DNA from: Octopus sinensis
Taxonomy: Eukaryota
Direction of reading: 5' to 3'
DNA length: 64,000 nucleotides
Assembly (NCBI RefSeq): GCF_006345805.1
Contig: NC_043012.1
Span: 52,328,001-52,392,000 of the forward strand
Made by a program: the position numbers and the translations under genes. A model generated the notes under the pieces. The model saw only the letters and a list, made by a program, of their open reading frames with translations. It was not told the DNA's origin and made no database searches. Below are positions 37,373 to 51,508 of this stretch, one piece after another (position 1 is the stretch's first letter; the number at the start of each line of letters is the position of its first letter).

Positions 37373-39624
37373 GTGTAACGAGAATATTTCTATGCGAAAT
37401 GGCCTTCCATGATATTTCCGACCACTTTATCTAATGTGTCCTTTACTTTTAAAACATTAGCTTGTGATTTTGAGACATATGTGCATAACGTAGCCTGATT
37501 ATGTTTTAGGAGTTTGAAGTTAGATACTGACAGTAATAGTTGAGCTCAGTACGATAAGGAAATGATGCACCGAGGAAAAGGAGTAAGAACACTGAAGGAG
37601 AGAGAAAGTATGTGTCAGTTTGTGTGTGAGTGGGTGTATGCATGAGTGTGTGTGAGAGAGAGAGAGAAAGAGAGAGAAGAGAGAGAATGGCATATACATA
37701 CAAATAAATTCGAAGAATTCTGATCATTAAATACGAATTTTTTTAACTAATTCTTTAGTTTTGTAACCACGTGAAATATTTTAATTTTAATATTATTGTA
37801 TTTCATATTCATCATTCAGACGAATTTTGACATATTTTATGTTCACACAGTGTATTTTAGTTTAGGTTTACATATATAAATATGCGTGGAATAAACAGCC
37901 TTCAACGTATATTCATTTCTAACATTAGAACAAATTCATACAATTTGCCGGAGAGTTGTAGTCATATTTTATTGACACCAGGCGGATGGAAGAGGAAGTC
38001 GAATTCGGCCAGATTAATAAAGAGTCACAACAAAATAAGGGTTTCACCATTTCTCCAAATTTTACCAATTCTGACAATCCACTGCTTGAATCATTGCTTC
38101 TATGGTCATCTCAAGTTTTGTAATCGTAAGAGTCATTTAACCGATTCCAATATATTACTGGTAGTTATTTCAGAGAAAATTTTGGAGAGACGTAGAATAT
38201 ATATAAACGAAATTGAAATGATTGAGATGAAGACTTGGAAAATTCTGGAACAGAAACAAATAATGTAAAGCGTTGCCATAGACAAAATCTAAAATTTAGG
38301 TTTATAATGAGTGTTTAGATTAAACGTGGAGAATTTCATATACTAAAACATAAAGAGATTAGTACTACAATGAAAGAAAGACTATCTATTTTTATATTTT
38401 CTTACTGCTGTGGGTAGGTAGTTGGAATTGAAGTATAAGTTGAAGATTCTGATGGATGTAGATTTGAACAAGGAAAATTCCACATGTTGTTTAACACAGA
38501 GCCTTGAGAGTGAAATATTCAGTGAGCCGGAAGAGAGTGGATTGACATCAATAAATTATTATTTTCTATGTTGATGGAAAAGACTCAGAGAATTCTTTTA
38601 AAATATTTTACTCATTTCATCGCAAAATCACTGGTGTTGAAATATTTTTAAGGTTAAAAAACATAAATCAATAAGTTTTCTTTTATATATTTTAATTTAC
38701 TTTTACTACGTGTTTATAAAATTGTCTGTTTCCAAGGTAAACGCAATTCTACACATTTTGGTAAGTTTCGAATCAATCACTGCTACTGGGGATGAACTGA
38801 TTTCTCTTCACATCTGCATGACAGCTATATAGACAGAATGAAGGTTTTTTGTTTGTTTCATTTATATATTATATTTTTGTTTATTTTATTATTTTTTTTT
38901 TCTAAGTAGACTGCAAAGAAAATCTTAATGAATTACTTTGAATTTTGGACATTTTAATAGCAAATTCAGCAACGAAACCAAATAAAAGAAAATACTGAGA
39001 AAGAAGGAAATGTAAATATGTTGTCGTTTGGTTGTATTAAAATTCTCTATCGTTAGCACGAGTCAGGTTTTATGCTACAGATAAACACAGATACTACTTT
39101 CCTGTAGTCTTAATTGGTACACTTTTATTACCTTGAAATGTCTCTTCTACAAACATCATTTCTCTTCTCCTGTGTATATTCGTCTTTAATCACTGGTCAG
39201 TGGTTTAAATTCGACAAATACCACAGCCTGTATTATCAAAATTAAATGTATCATTAGATAAAGGTCATTCTGTTTAAAAATACTCTCATTTATAATATTA
39301 CTCTGAACTGTAGCAACAACTGAATACAAATGTGTCCTATTAATGACTACGAACATTCATTTGGGTCAAGATATGTTCTTAATTACAAAATCTAGACAGA
39401 AATTAAGATATATCTTAGAAAAACATAGCAGTTAAAGGTGAAAAATAGGTTAAGAGATTTCACGTCTGGGGAATAACAATAAGTAAACTCATTCCAACGT
39501 AGATTCGCTTTAGAAAGGTGTAGATAACTTTCTAACACTCGCTTATTTACATTTATGCGATTAGTTGTAGATGTATATTTTGGAATAGGATTAAATGTAT
39601 TTGAAAACAGGAGGACTCTCTCTT

Positions 39625-40033
39625 TTACTCTTTTACTTGTTTCAGTCTTTTGACTGCGGCCATGCTGGAGCACCGCTTTTAGTCGAGCAAATCGACCCCG
39701 GGACTTATTCTTTGTAAGCCCAGTACTTATTCTATCGGTCTCATTTGCCGAACCGCTAATTGACGGCGACGTAAACACACCAGCATCGGTTGTCAAGCAA
39801 TGCTAGGGGGACAAAGACAGACACACAAACATGCACACACACACATATACATATATATATACATATATACGACGGGCTTCTTTCAGTTTCCGTCTACTAA
39901 ATCCACTCACAAGGCTTTGGTCGGCCCGGGGCTATAATAGAAGACACTGGCCCAAGGTGCCACGCTATGGGACTGAACCCATTTACCATGTGGCTGGTAA
40001 GCAAGCTACTTACCACACAGCCACTCCTGCGCC
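39625..40033 (-). mobile_element. SINE family A, full length
   Basis: Same structure as the copy at 35630. Confidence 0.9.
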
Positions 40034-40959
40034 TCTTTTATATTCTTTCATTCTTTTATTTGTTTCAGTCTGTAATGTGGCCATGCTGGAGTATCTCATT
40101 GCTATATGATCACGATTTCATTTCAAGTCTATGGTAAAGCTATTATTTGAAAATAATTGCTTAAAAACAGACGACATTAGAAATATTTTTTAAAACATGG
40201 TTCTCGGTAATTTTGGCAAATTATTTGCTTCTGTCAATTTAAATTCTGTAGGCTTAAGTATTTGAATTAATTTTATATTGCCGTATCGGAGTAAGATGCT
40301 GGTTCTATAATTTTGCTGGATGAGCTACTCCATCTGAAGAAAATTCTAACTGGGCCCCACCTGCAAGGTCATGTGCTGTTTATCTTGATATAAGATCCCC
40401 ATGTCGCGCACATATGGTTGTGCCTAGTGTATCCTTATCATACTGGTGGTCATTTCTCGGTTCTGTGTTTCGTCCACCAATTAAATCCACTCCATAGAGG
40501 AACGGGTGATGTTTGTATGTAATAGGACCACTGCTATAAATTGTAGCAAAATTGCATTCCAATTATATTCGCCTATGTTAAAATATACACATTGCATAGT
40601 ATGATTCTATAAATAGAATGTATGAAAAACATTTCTGAATATATGAAAGGTAAACTAAGATGGCTGTCGTGGGAATATCTTTAATTATAGGTATTGCTGA
40701 TGATGGCTTGCCTAAAACTAAGCAATTACATCAATAAAAATTAAACCTTCTGATTTAGTTCGAAGCCCAGAAATTTTAAGTGAAGAGGCAGCAGTCGATA
40801 CTATCGACCCCAGCACCAAAATAATATTTCATTTTATCGACCCCGGAGTGACGAAAAGCAAAAGTCACCTCAACAAAATTAGAATTTTGAATATACAGAA
40901 CTGAAAAGCATACCGGAAGATATTTAAATAAAGACATCAACAACAACGTAAAATTTGTA

Positions 40960-41905
40960 ACCACATCCTGTTCTGTTTAGCATGTCAGATAAAGATGTCA
41001 GTGCCAAGCAGAAAAGTAGCGGAGAGAACGTGTCTCCTTGGAATATTCCTCTTCTAACGGGGATGGCTTTGGTTTTTATGAGTCCCTTTTTGTTTGGAGC
41101 TTTAGCACTTTTTACCATTTATTCATGGAATGTTTTATGTTTTATGATTATGGGTACTACTTTGGTCTTGACTAATGTTTCTAGGATCCATGTGCGTGGA
41201 AAACTATTAAAAAGCCTTTCCATAATCGAGCCAAGCTTCAGCTATGCCATCGTCTTTAGTTATGGCTTTATTGTTTCTGGCTCTGCTAGTATTTCATTAG
41301 ATTTCTCAGCCAACGTTTTAAAGTATTCCTGTTAGATATTTTAGCCAGAAGTTGGGATATTCGCGTGTCTGGGTGCTTAGTTTTTGCTCTACCTAGGTGA
41401 CCTCTTCAGTTGTTATAGAGGTTCAGATTCGTTCAGTGGGTGTGTTTGTTATTTTGATAGTTCTATTCCGAGGTCGTTCCTTCGCCGAGCATATTTTTCC
41501 AAAAATTCTTCCACTTCTGCTGGTGGTGTTGCATCTATCTCTATTTAATTTTTGTCAAGTTCTTGGTAGAATCTTTTCGGGTTGGAGTTGAACTGTTTGC
41601 TTGGTTCAAAGAAACGTTGGCGTTTCTCATAACGGCGGATTCTTTGTGCTTTGGCGAGGATATCTCCTTTTAGCCATTCTTTTACCTCAGGTGTACCTTG
41701 TTCTGTAATTTTGTATTTACGTAGTATTTTTGTCTTGTTGCATAGCAGTGTTGATCGCCTTCTAGTTTCACTAAGGACTAACAGATTCCTTTTTTTATAT
41801 TTTATATTTTTTCTAGATATTGTTTGTTCACTGGGACCGTTTGGGTGATGATACTCCTGTTTCGATGAGTTTGAGGTGGTATCCAGCTTTTTTGCATTCA
41901 GCTTC

Positions 41906-41910
<5 letters not shown>
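40960..41910 (-). pseudogene. R4/Dong-type RT N-terminal/core fragment starting at a (TAA)n tract
   Basis: Motifs read EVEEFWE, EKAFNSFPRTWILETL and IPVRRGIFQGDTFSPLLFCLALTSLSDMLNRTGCGY. (TTA)n lies at 41908-41950. Confidence 0.85.
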
Positions 41911-41955
<45 letters not shown>

Positions 41956-42049
41956 TTGCTGTGGAACGCTCTAAGTAAATCCAGTTCAAAATATTTATTT
42001 AAACCAGGACTGGTGTCCTTATGCAGCAATTATTTTATTCCAAATTGTG

Positions 42050-43590
42050 AATAGAAACACCAGGAACATGTACTGTTTTTTTTTTGTTTGTGTAGCCCAC
42101 CGGGGGGGGGATTTTCAGCCCACCAAATAATGTCGGTGGGCGTTAAATTTAATTGAATCAAGTACAAACCAACAAGTTGGCGGAGCGCGTATTGAAAGAG
42201 TTGAGAAAAACAAAACAAACCCCCCTACCAATATGGTAATGGATGAAGACTTCCCTCTCTTTCCCTCCGTTATAGGCAACAATACAGGGGTAGGGGAGGA
42301 GGACTGTCATTGTACAAAATCCAACTAACAGTAACAACAATAGTAGTAGAAACACAAACAGTTGTAGAAATTACAACAGCAGCAGGGGCAAACAGTGACA
42401 GCACCCGTAGCAGCAGCAGCAGTAGCAGTAATAGTAGCAGTAGTAGTAGTAGTTGCAACAACAACCACGAAAAAGACAGCAACGGCAGCGGCAGTAGCGA
42501 TAACAAGAACAAAAACAACGAGAACAAAACCTATAACAATAAGAAAAATACGTTCGCAGCAGCAGCAGCAGCGAAGAACAAACGACACTTTACCGTAGAC
42601 CTCACAAATAGGGATCAGATGCTACCATAAGTATGGAAACTAATAAGAGAAGAGAAGACTCGGGCCAGCCTGACTGTACCATCAGAGCCAATTGAAGGAG
42701 TAGAGAGAAGAACGGTGCTTTTCAGATGCATCTCAGCAGACACGAAAAGTGGGGCTTTAATAGCCTAAGTAAACATTGGGGTGGCGCAGAGTTGCATCAG
42801 AAATGACATCGAATACATATCGAGGAGCAAAGAATACGGCACCATTTCGGTGCTGCTTAAGTCAGAAGTCCGCGCTGTGAAACATTCAATGACACCTGCA
42901 AAACCACCAAAGTAATCATGTCCCCCTCCTACATGGGGAAACGTACAGCCCGTTTCCGCATTCTTAGAATCCCACCAGTACTAGATATTTGATGGCTTCT
43001 GGGACGTGTAATCGTGGAGGGGCCGGATACTATTCCGATAGAGGTGACAAGAAATGCCAGAGAGGTCTGGGCCAGGGTTGACCTGCAGATACTTCTCCAG
43101 ATCCAATCCGAAAGCATAAAAAGCTGGGACCACATCCGTCTCCACAACGGGACGATGATACATATCATAACCGAGGGCAAAAGGCCACATTGTTTCACGT
43201 GTTGAGAAACGACTCATTTGCGAGCTCACTGCACCCAACTGGTACAAAGTGCAAGGGGTCAAAGGCCTTCACTGCTGCCTACGCCGGAACGAGAAACACA
43301 AACAACACCAGCACGGCAAAATCACCAGCAACAACACCAAAGAAATTAACCATCCTATTGGAAAAGAAGGAAAGCTCTCCCAATCCCACCACACACCAAA
43401 CAAAAATTCATACATAAACGTGATTATAAACATACACACAGACAAAAACACATTTACAGCAACAGATCCTTCATCTTCCAGTAATGAAGATGATGGAAAA
43501 GCAAAAGGTTCAAAAAATATAATAAAGCTGAAAAAAAAGATCTCCACAAAGCATAACAACACCCATATTAAAAACGTCTCCCCAACAGCA
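42050..43590 (+). mobile_element. Second Tx1/L1-like ORF1 remnant with a low-complexity N-terminus and CCHC knuckle
   Basis: ATG at 42239 (MDEDFPLFP), then TFAAAAAAK, ERRTVLFRC, ISRSKEYGTI, PSYMGKRTARFRILRIPP and the knuckle CFTC*ETTHLRAHC at ~43190-43232. No ORF2 is recognisable downstream. Confidence 0.65.
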
Positions 43591-43831
43591 GACGAAATAC
43601 CTATTTCTTTACTACACACAAGGGGCTAAACACAGAGGGGACAAAGAGGACAGACAAACGGATTAAGTCGATTATATCGACCCCAGTGCGCAACTTGTAC
43701 TTATTTAATCGACCCCGAAAGGATGAAAGGTAAAGTCGACCTCGGCGGAATTTGAACGCAGAACATAACGGCAGACGAAATGCGGCTAGGCATTTCGCCT
43801 GGCGTGCTAACGTTTCTGCCAGCTCGCCGCC
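43588..43831 (-). mobile_element. SINE family B plus 14 nt of a second unit
   Basis: The tail joins head sequence at gaaatag|gtatttcgtctgc (junction 43601/43602). Confidence 0.9.
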
Positions 43832-44869
43832 TTAAAAACCGTATAAATATTATCATCAAAAGACCAAGGTTGACAATATTTCAGAGGGAAAGACAGCAAG
43901 CAGTAGTAGTGGTAGCAGTAGTAGTGGTAGCAGCAGCAGCAGCAATAGCAACAGCAGTGACAGCAATGACAGAGCATCGACAAAATAAGAGTGGCAATAA
44001 AAGCAATACTGACAACAATATCAGCAACAACAGCAACAAAAAACAACAAAAGCGAATGCGAAGATGACGATGACGATTATAGAAGCAGTAAAAATAAAAA
44101 GAAAGTGAAAGTAGTAACAGCAACAATAACAATAACAAACACGACAATAGTAAAACAACAACAACAACAATAGCCTCAAAATAACAACCAAAACAATAGA
44201 AGCAAGAACAAGAACAACCACAACTTGACTTCGTCTCCTGATTTGAAGAAACTTTTTTCAATTATTCTTTATAAGTAAAACCAAATGAAGAATTTCTTAC
44301 AGGAGACTTGATACGTTATCTAATGTCCACTGTTGAGAAGGTGTCTCATTTTATTACGTATATTTTTTTTTATAAAAGTATTATCTAGATTTTAGCGGAT
44401 TAGAAGCAGATAAAGACGAGACTTATCTAAGTCTGAAATGTGTCGAGTAGTTTTGAGTAGAGTCACCAAAGTTGGTGAAGGTATTACGGGAGAACGACCT
44501 TGTTGAAACAAGCTTAACTCGGAATTGCAATATAGTTTGTCGTATAATGAGAAATTTTTATAAAAAAAAAATTTCACAGACGGAAAAGTGAATTATATAG
44601 TAAGATCGACAGAAAAACAGTGATAAATAGATGAGGGGAGGAGCAGGCGTAGCTGTGCACGTAAGAAGTTTGGTTTGAAACCACATAGTTTCGTTTCGCC
44701 AGCACAGCGTAACCCCCTTTGTTTGTCCGGGGTCTGTTGTATCTCAAGGCCGATCAACGCCTAGGAAATGGGATTAGTAGAGGCAAACTGGCAGATGTCC
44801 GTCGTACATCAATTTATCTATTTAATTATTTACATATATGTATGTATATATGTAAATGTGACCGCGTGT

Positions 44870-45065
44870 GTATCGTTGGCGATTTTCTTTCTCCGTCTTC
44901 CCTTCCTGTGACCTTTGCTTTTTTTATTTTTCTGACGTAAGAGCTCCGCTCGAAACGCCAAAGCCTCCTTCTTTCCTTCTTTTCCTGAGCGTCCAATAAC
45001 ACCATACTCGTTCCACGTCCTCGCGTTGTTGTGTTTTCTCTTTATTCATGTTTGGAGTAACTATA
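44870..45065 (+). mobile_element. Penelope-like pLTR remnant with a hammerhead-like motif (44928-44963); same family as 55960-56165
   Basis: ttt-CTGACG(t)A-a-GAGC tcc GCTC-GAA-ACGC-C-aaag. The flank ttcctgagcgtccaataa...ttccacgtcctcgcgttgttgtgtttt is shared with the second copy. Confidence 0.65.
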
Positions 45066-45994
45066 TATATGTATGCATTCATTCACTTAATTACATATGT
45101 TTGATTGTTCGCTTCTCCTTGACTTAGCATCGCGTGATTCTTGTAAACCATTGTCGTTCATTTCCAATACTCTGCGTAAACATGTCTTGTTCGGGAACAA
45201 GTTAGGGCATCCGTCTGTACAATATCTAACCCATTAATATCTGTTTATCCCATCCAAGCATAGAAAACTAGAGAGTAAATCAAAGATGATAGCAGTGATA
45301 TGCGTGTATGCTTGCTCGTGCGAGTGTGTGCGTGTGTGTGGAAAAGGAACTGGAGAAGTGATTTTTTTTCTTTGTCAAGTTAATCAAGATATTTTTACAA
45401 TGATATATGCATTTATTTAACACCCAATATATATCTCCGTTCTACGTTGAAAGTGAGTACCAGCAGTATCTACGATTCAATGCCGTGAGCGAATGAGTGG
45501 GGAACTTGAATTCTCAATCGCTTAAACGGCTCACAAACCGGGATGTTCTGGTCTCGCTCTTCAGACTGAGATCTCGACTCAGTCCTTTAACATTAGAAAC
45601 TACGTGCACATGCACACACACACGGACACGTTAACGCATACACACACACACACACACACACCACACACACACACACACACATGCACGCTCACGCGCGCGT
45701 GAGTGTAAGACTAGTGTTTTGATTGCAAGTTGTCTATTTTTCGTGAGTAAAGAAAAAAGGAAGTGAAGAAGTGATTTTTTATTTCTGAGTCAATTAGGGG
45801 ATTTTTACAATGAAATATACACTTATTTAATAACTAAATTTTTTTTCTCTCTGTATCAAAAAATAGAATGTTGCTACCTGCTTGGGCTTCATTAGTTGAA
45901 TAACAGTCAGTCAAATCATTACCATATTTAGAAGCAATATATTCGGGTTTTTTCCATGTTACTGTCTTCATTCTCAAACAAGTTTTTATTTTAG

Positions 45995-46330
45995 TACTCC
46001 ATCGGTTACGACGACGAGGGTACCAGCTGATACGATCAACGGAACAGCTTGCTCGTGAAATTAACGTGCAAGTGACTGAGCAATCCACAGACATGTGTAC
46101 CCCTAACATATTTCTCAGGGACGTGTAACTCTAACGTAGTTCTCAGCGCGACACAAAGTGTGTCAAGGCCGGCCCTTTGAAATACAGGTACAACTCATTT
46201 TTACCAGCTGAGTGGACAGCAGTAACGTGAAATAAAGTGTCTTGCTCAAGGACATAACTTGTCACCGGGAATTGAACTCACGACCTTACAACCGTGAGTC
46301 GAATGCCCTAACCACTAAGCCACGCGCCTT
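45995..46330 (-). mobile_element. SINE family C
   Basis: Aligns with 36992-37310 and has a small internal duplication near 46105-46145. Confidence 0.9.
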
Positions 46331-47030
46331 CACTCTCAAATATATAAAAGTAGAGTAGAAGGGAAAATGAGAGAGCCATGCATGTTGGACACTGGAAGAC
46401 AGTGATAAAAATGATCTTATAATCATCAACTCATATCAATATGCTAAGATCAACAAGTCAGGTTTTAAACTTTAAATTCAGTTGGTATAGACATTATACG
46501 GTTTTCCCATTTTCTCTTGATATCAGTAGTGCTAAGTTTTTGTGTTTCCTGAAGACAAGCTTGATGCTCAACCGTCCCATCACAATGTTATTCCTGTGTA
46601 GAACCATCGACAATTTATTACATTATTCCACACACCATGTGCTTCATCATGTGTTTGAATTCCTATCAGTCTCTCACAATCATTACTTACCGAGATTGAA
46701 TGTCTATCTAACTACACTTGCTTCAAATATTAGAATTTTGTACGACTAGTCCTAATCATAGGTATATATAAATTAATCCCTCAGTATTTACATATAACCA
46801 TACATGTGTGTGCGTATTTGTGTGTGTGTGTGTGTGTGTTACTGCAGATAAATGATCTGATGTATTTATTCTATCGCAATATCAATCATTCGCGAAGCAA
46901 AGTGATTTTTGTATATAAACGGTCTATAACTAGAATATGTCAGTCATTCACAGACACGCACAGAGATATACATTCACAAAACACAAAGCTATTATCTATC
47001 TCTCAATTTATCTACCTGCCTATCTATCTG

Positions 47031-47107
<77 letters not shown>

Positions 47108-47233
47108 TAATCTGTCTGTATGTCTTTCTGTCTATCTGTCTGCCTGTCTATCTCTATCTATCTATCCATGTGAATGTATATATATATATAGATAGGTAGA
47201 TAGATAGATAAATAGATAGAGAGATAGATAGAG

Positions 47234-47325
<92 letters not shown>

Positions 47326-48810
47326 GGACAGATACATATATACATACACAGATACGTATGCATATATAAATATGAATACTCTATTTCCCTCTTTCTCTTT
47401 CCCCTCATACACACAAAGACACACACATACACATACACACACACACATATATATATGCGTATGTATACGTTTTTATATATGTACGTATGTCTGATTTCCA
47501 AAACCGGTAAAATATTTTAATGGCCTTGCATTTAAAATTAAGGTGAGAACAAGCATCTCCAACTCTGGGATATTTCAAATCAACCTCATCACATATGAAG
47601 CTCCCCAGACAATAGTCCGACCAATGGATTTGAAGGGGCCACTAAAACTATTAACTCGACTGAAAGGGAAATTTAAGCATTACATTGTTTTCAAGTTCTA
47701 AATTACACAACTCACGTAATTTCTATTTCACAGTGAACACATTCGATACCAACTATTGTTCTTGGTTAGTCATGAACTATTTGCTAAATATTCAAGACTG
47801 AAAGATAAAAACATTCAGGAAGAACTCTAGCCACAAAGGCGGAAAAGATAGTGAAAGAGAAAAACAAATATGACAAGAGAGAAATAGAAACGTGAGGGAG
47901 TGAGGGAGAAGAAAATGTCTGCTGCAAATACAAAAATTCGACAGAAGAAGGTGACATCTTAGAAGACAATTTCCTAGATGGTTTCTAACAAAAGAATTGT
48001 GAGGACATTTTAACAAATTCCCAAATCTGAAGAACAATAAGTAAATTGCCTTGTGGTATTTAGTCACTGTTCTTTACGATGCGCGTTCAAATCCCTTCGG
48101 GGACGATAACGTATGTAATGAGTCATAAAGTTTGAGTAATATTTCTATGATGCATTATAGATGAGAATGAAAATTTTAGTTGAAGATTAAATCTCAAAAA
48201 ATATACGAGTAAATTTTATGAGTTAAACCAACATTCAAATATGTTGTTGCGAATTGACAAGCACATTGGACAACTGGGACGCCACTGAAATATTTTTGTT
48301 GTGCATCCTCAGGTAAACCTTGAGTAAATGTATTAAGGTAGGAATCTCAGGCAAGAAAAATCTGTCTTTTTATCAGTGAAAGTGTATCATGGATTGTTAT
48401 CCAATATTTCATTTCTTGTTATAAACGACAAAATGTGATCTGAGGAATATTTTACAAGTATTTCCAGTAGGCTGACTGAAAATGTAGAAGCATTTCCACT
48501 GGTTCATTAAATTCTTTTTTACTTGTATAAAACCACACACGTCACAATCTAAATTCTTTATACTCCAGCTTTTCAAACTCACTGAACACACGTCTAATTC
48601 AGGGGGATGCTACCGATACTGGCATGCAGTGTCTGCTGACAGCTAAGTGGAGTGAAGCATTCGAGAACTGGCTTCGTTACACACGCACACATTCATATTT
48701 ACGCTTTGCTTGGCCTATATTACAATACAAACTATAGACTCACAACAACATAAATGCACGCATACACACGCACGCACATACATTGTTTCTCTCCTTACCT
48801 CATAGCATCA

Positions 48811-49602
48811 TATTTCTTTATTGCCCACAAGGGGCTAAACATAGAGGGCACAAACAAGGACGGATAAACGGATTAAGTAGATTACATCGACACAAGTGCG
48901 TCACTAGTACTTAATTTATCGACCCCGAAAGGATGAAAGGCATATTCGAACTTGGCGAAATTTGAACTCAGAATGTAACGGCAGACGAAATACCTATTTC
49001 TGTAACTGTTTCTTTATTACACACAAGGGACTAAACATAGAGGGGACAAATAGGGACAGACAAACGGATTAAGTCGATTACATCGACACCAGTGCGTAAC
49101 TGATATTTATTTAATCGACCCCGAAATGAAAGGCAAAGTCGACCTCGGCAGAATTTGAACTCAGAACGTAACGGCAGACGAAAAACCTATTTCTTTACTA
49201 CCCACAAGGGGCTAAACACAGAGTGGACAAACAAGGACAGACAAACGGATTAAGTAGATTACGTCGACCCCAGTGCGTAACTGATAGTTATTTAATCGAC
49301 CCCGAAAGGATGAAAGGCAAAATCGACCTCGGCGGAATTTGAACTCAGAGCGTAAAGACGGACGAAATACCTATTTCTTTACTACCCACAAGAGGCTAAA
49401 CACAGAGAGGACAAACAAGGACAGACACATGGATTAAGTCGATTATATCGACCTCAATGCGTAACTGGTACTTATTTAATCGACCCCGAAAGGATGAAAG
49501 GCAAAGTCGACCTCGGCGGAATTTGAACTCAGAACGTAACGCCAGACGAAATACTGCTACGCATTTCGCCCGGCGTGCTAACGTTTCTGCCAGCTCGCCG
49601 CC
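48811..49602 (-). mobile_element. Head-to-tail array of four family B SINE units (one full, three head-truncated)
   Basis: Junctions gaaatacc|tatttc at 48994/5, 49187/8 (variant aaaaacc) and 49371/2. The full head is at 49550-49602. Confidence 0.9.
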
Positions 49603-50292
49603 TTACCTCACATCCTCTGTGTGTCTATCAAGCCCAAGATTTATTCTTATGCCGGTTCCACACGTTAAGCTATGGAACTGACTGTAACCGCGTAGTCCAT
49701 TAGATCAACAGCAAAACTTTCCTTTTATTGATTGGTACGTGTATTATCTAACTGGGAAGTATGAAATTACAAGTAATTTGGTCAGGAATCGAATTCAAAC
49801 CATAAAGAGACATACAATGTATCTCGTTCAAGACTCTAACGATTCGGTCTTCCATATGTTTGTATTTTTAAAAAATAAGATTCATGTTTATAGTGTTTCT
49901 GCAAATGTACTGCGTCATTGAGAATTGATTAGAATAATGGAGTAGATGTTATCTTTTATTTAGACGAAACATCTTTGTGAGCTGGATTCACTGGAAAAGC
50001 ACGACCGTCACTATAAACATTATATCTCTCCTAAAATAGAAAGTCTTGAAACCAATAAATAGATAGATACATAAATAAACAAATAAATAAAAATTGCCAT
50101 AATATTCGAATGGAACTTTAAAGAGAAGTCCATTGTGAATAGAAATCTTGAATCAACTGGCCCCTGGAATATATTCTACTTCATTTTTATTTCCTGAAAT
50201 ACAACTCTTTCTTTGGGGTCATAGGCTAAAAATGGGGACATACGTAGCATCTAAATCATAAGCAGAGTCACAAATTTAGGTATACACCGTTC

Positions 50293-50709
50293 AGACCTTT
50301 TCGGTTTGAACGGCAGTTTTTTTCTAGCGGTGTCATATGAAATTGTCACCCATAATTATGACTCTAATATCGATCTATTGCATTTCAATCTGTTTTAGGG
50401 TTAGGATTAGGGGTGGGGGAACGGTATCTTTTTTTCTTCACAAATATAAATAAACCCAATCTGTTTCTTAGACGAGGGACATATTCATACGGCACAGAAT
50501 GTTTTTTACCTCAATGGACGTCGGTGATTGTTTGAAATTGCAGAAATTGAAGAAGCAAAATAACAAATATCTTACAAACTATAGAATCTTCTCAATAAAG
50601 CCAAGAGAAAAAGATGTTTTATAAACACATTCTACCAGTATGGGAAGTTTAAAATTTTTTAGTTATCTAGAAATTATGTTAAAAACTGCGGTTCAAACCG
50701 AAAGGATCC
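50293..50709 (-). mobile_element. GGATC-TIR MITE with internal TTAGGG-like repeats, copy 1
   Basis: TIRs agaccttttcggtttgaacggcag / ctgcggttcaaaccgaaaggatcc; decayed TSD caccgttc/tactgttc. Confidence 0.85.
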
Positions 50710-51169
50710 TACTGTTCTTATTTTCTTGTTTTAAAATATCAGATTCGTTGGTCGATCTGAATATTCTTCATTCAATTTTATCAGAGATTAGAAAGAATTT
50801 AGATTATTTCAATGTTTTATACCCAAAATGATTGTAAAGAAGATAGGAAGCATTAGTAATTATATAGCAACGCGAAATAACTCACGTGAAAAACATTTAC
50901 AGGGAACAATATACTGGAACTAAACAATTCAATGATTTGTATTTTAATATAATCACCAGAATAGGGGAAGCCTTGTATCTTAGTATTTCGCGAAATAGAA
51001 TTTAATGAATAGAACACAAAACTTGATGTGTATTAACGAATGCGGGGCAAAGAACTTTGGGAATTGATTTAGTTTGTCATCCATTTACAAACAAACAATA
51101 CATATTATTATATTATATTATTGAAATTGCAAAATGGTGATGAGCAGGAGAAATGACGAAGAGGTCACA

Positions 51170-51459
51170 GAAAATGTTTAACACCGTAACACCTTGAGCA
51201 AGTATCTTCTACTACAGCCTCGGGCCCACTAAAAACCTTGTAAGTAGATTTGACGGAAACTGAAAGAAGCCCGACGTCTATATATATATGTGTGTGTTCT
51301 GAGTTCAAATTCCGCCGAGGTCGACTTTGCCTTTCATCCTTTCGGGGTTGATAAATTAAGTACCAGTTTCGCACTGGGGTCGATGTAATCGACTTAATCC
51401 CTTTGTCTGCCCTTGTTTGTCCCCTCTATGTTTAGCCCCTTGTGGGTAGTAAAGAAATG

Positions 51460-51508
<49 letters not shown>

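Noticed and set aside
37950-38660. Possible piggyBac-like transposase remnant
   Set aside because: There is only a vague resemblance across many stops, and no catalytic motif or clear TTAA-bounded TIR could be confirmed by eye.
48811-49602. CRISPR-like or satellite array
   Set aside because: The units are whole SINE bodies with no unique spacers, in a eukaryotic context with no cas genes.
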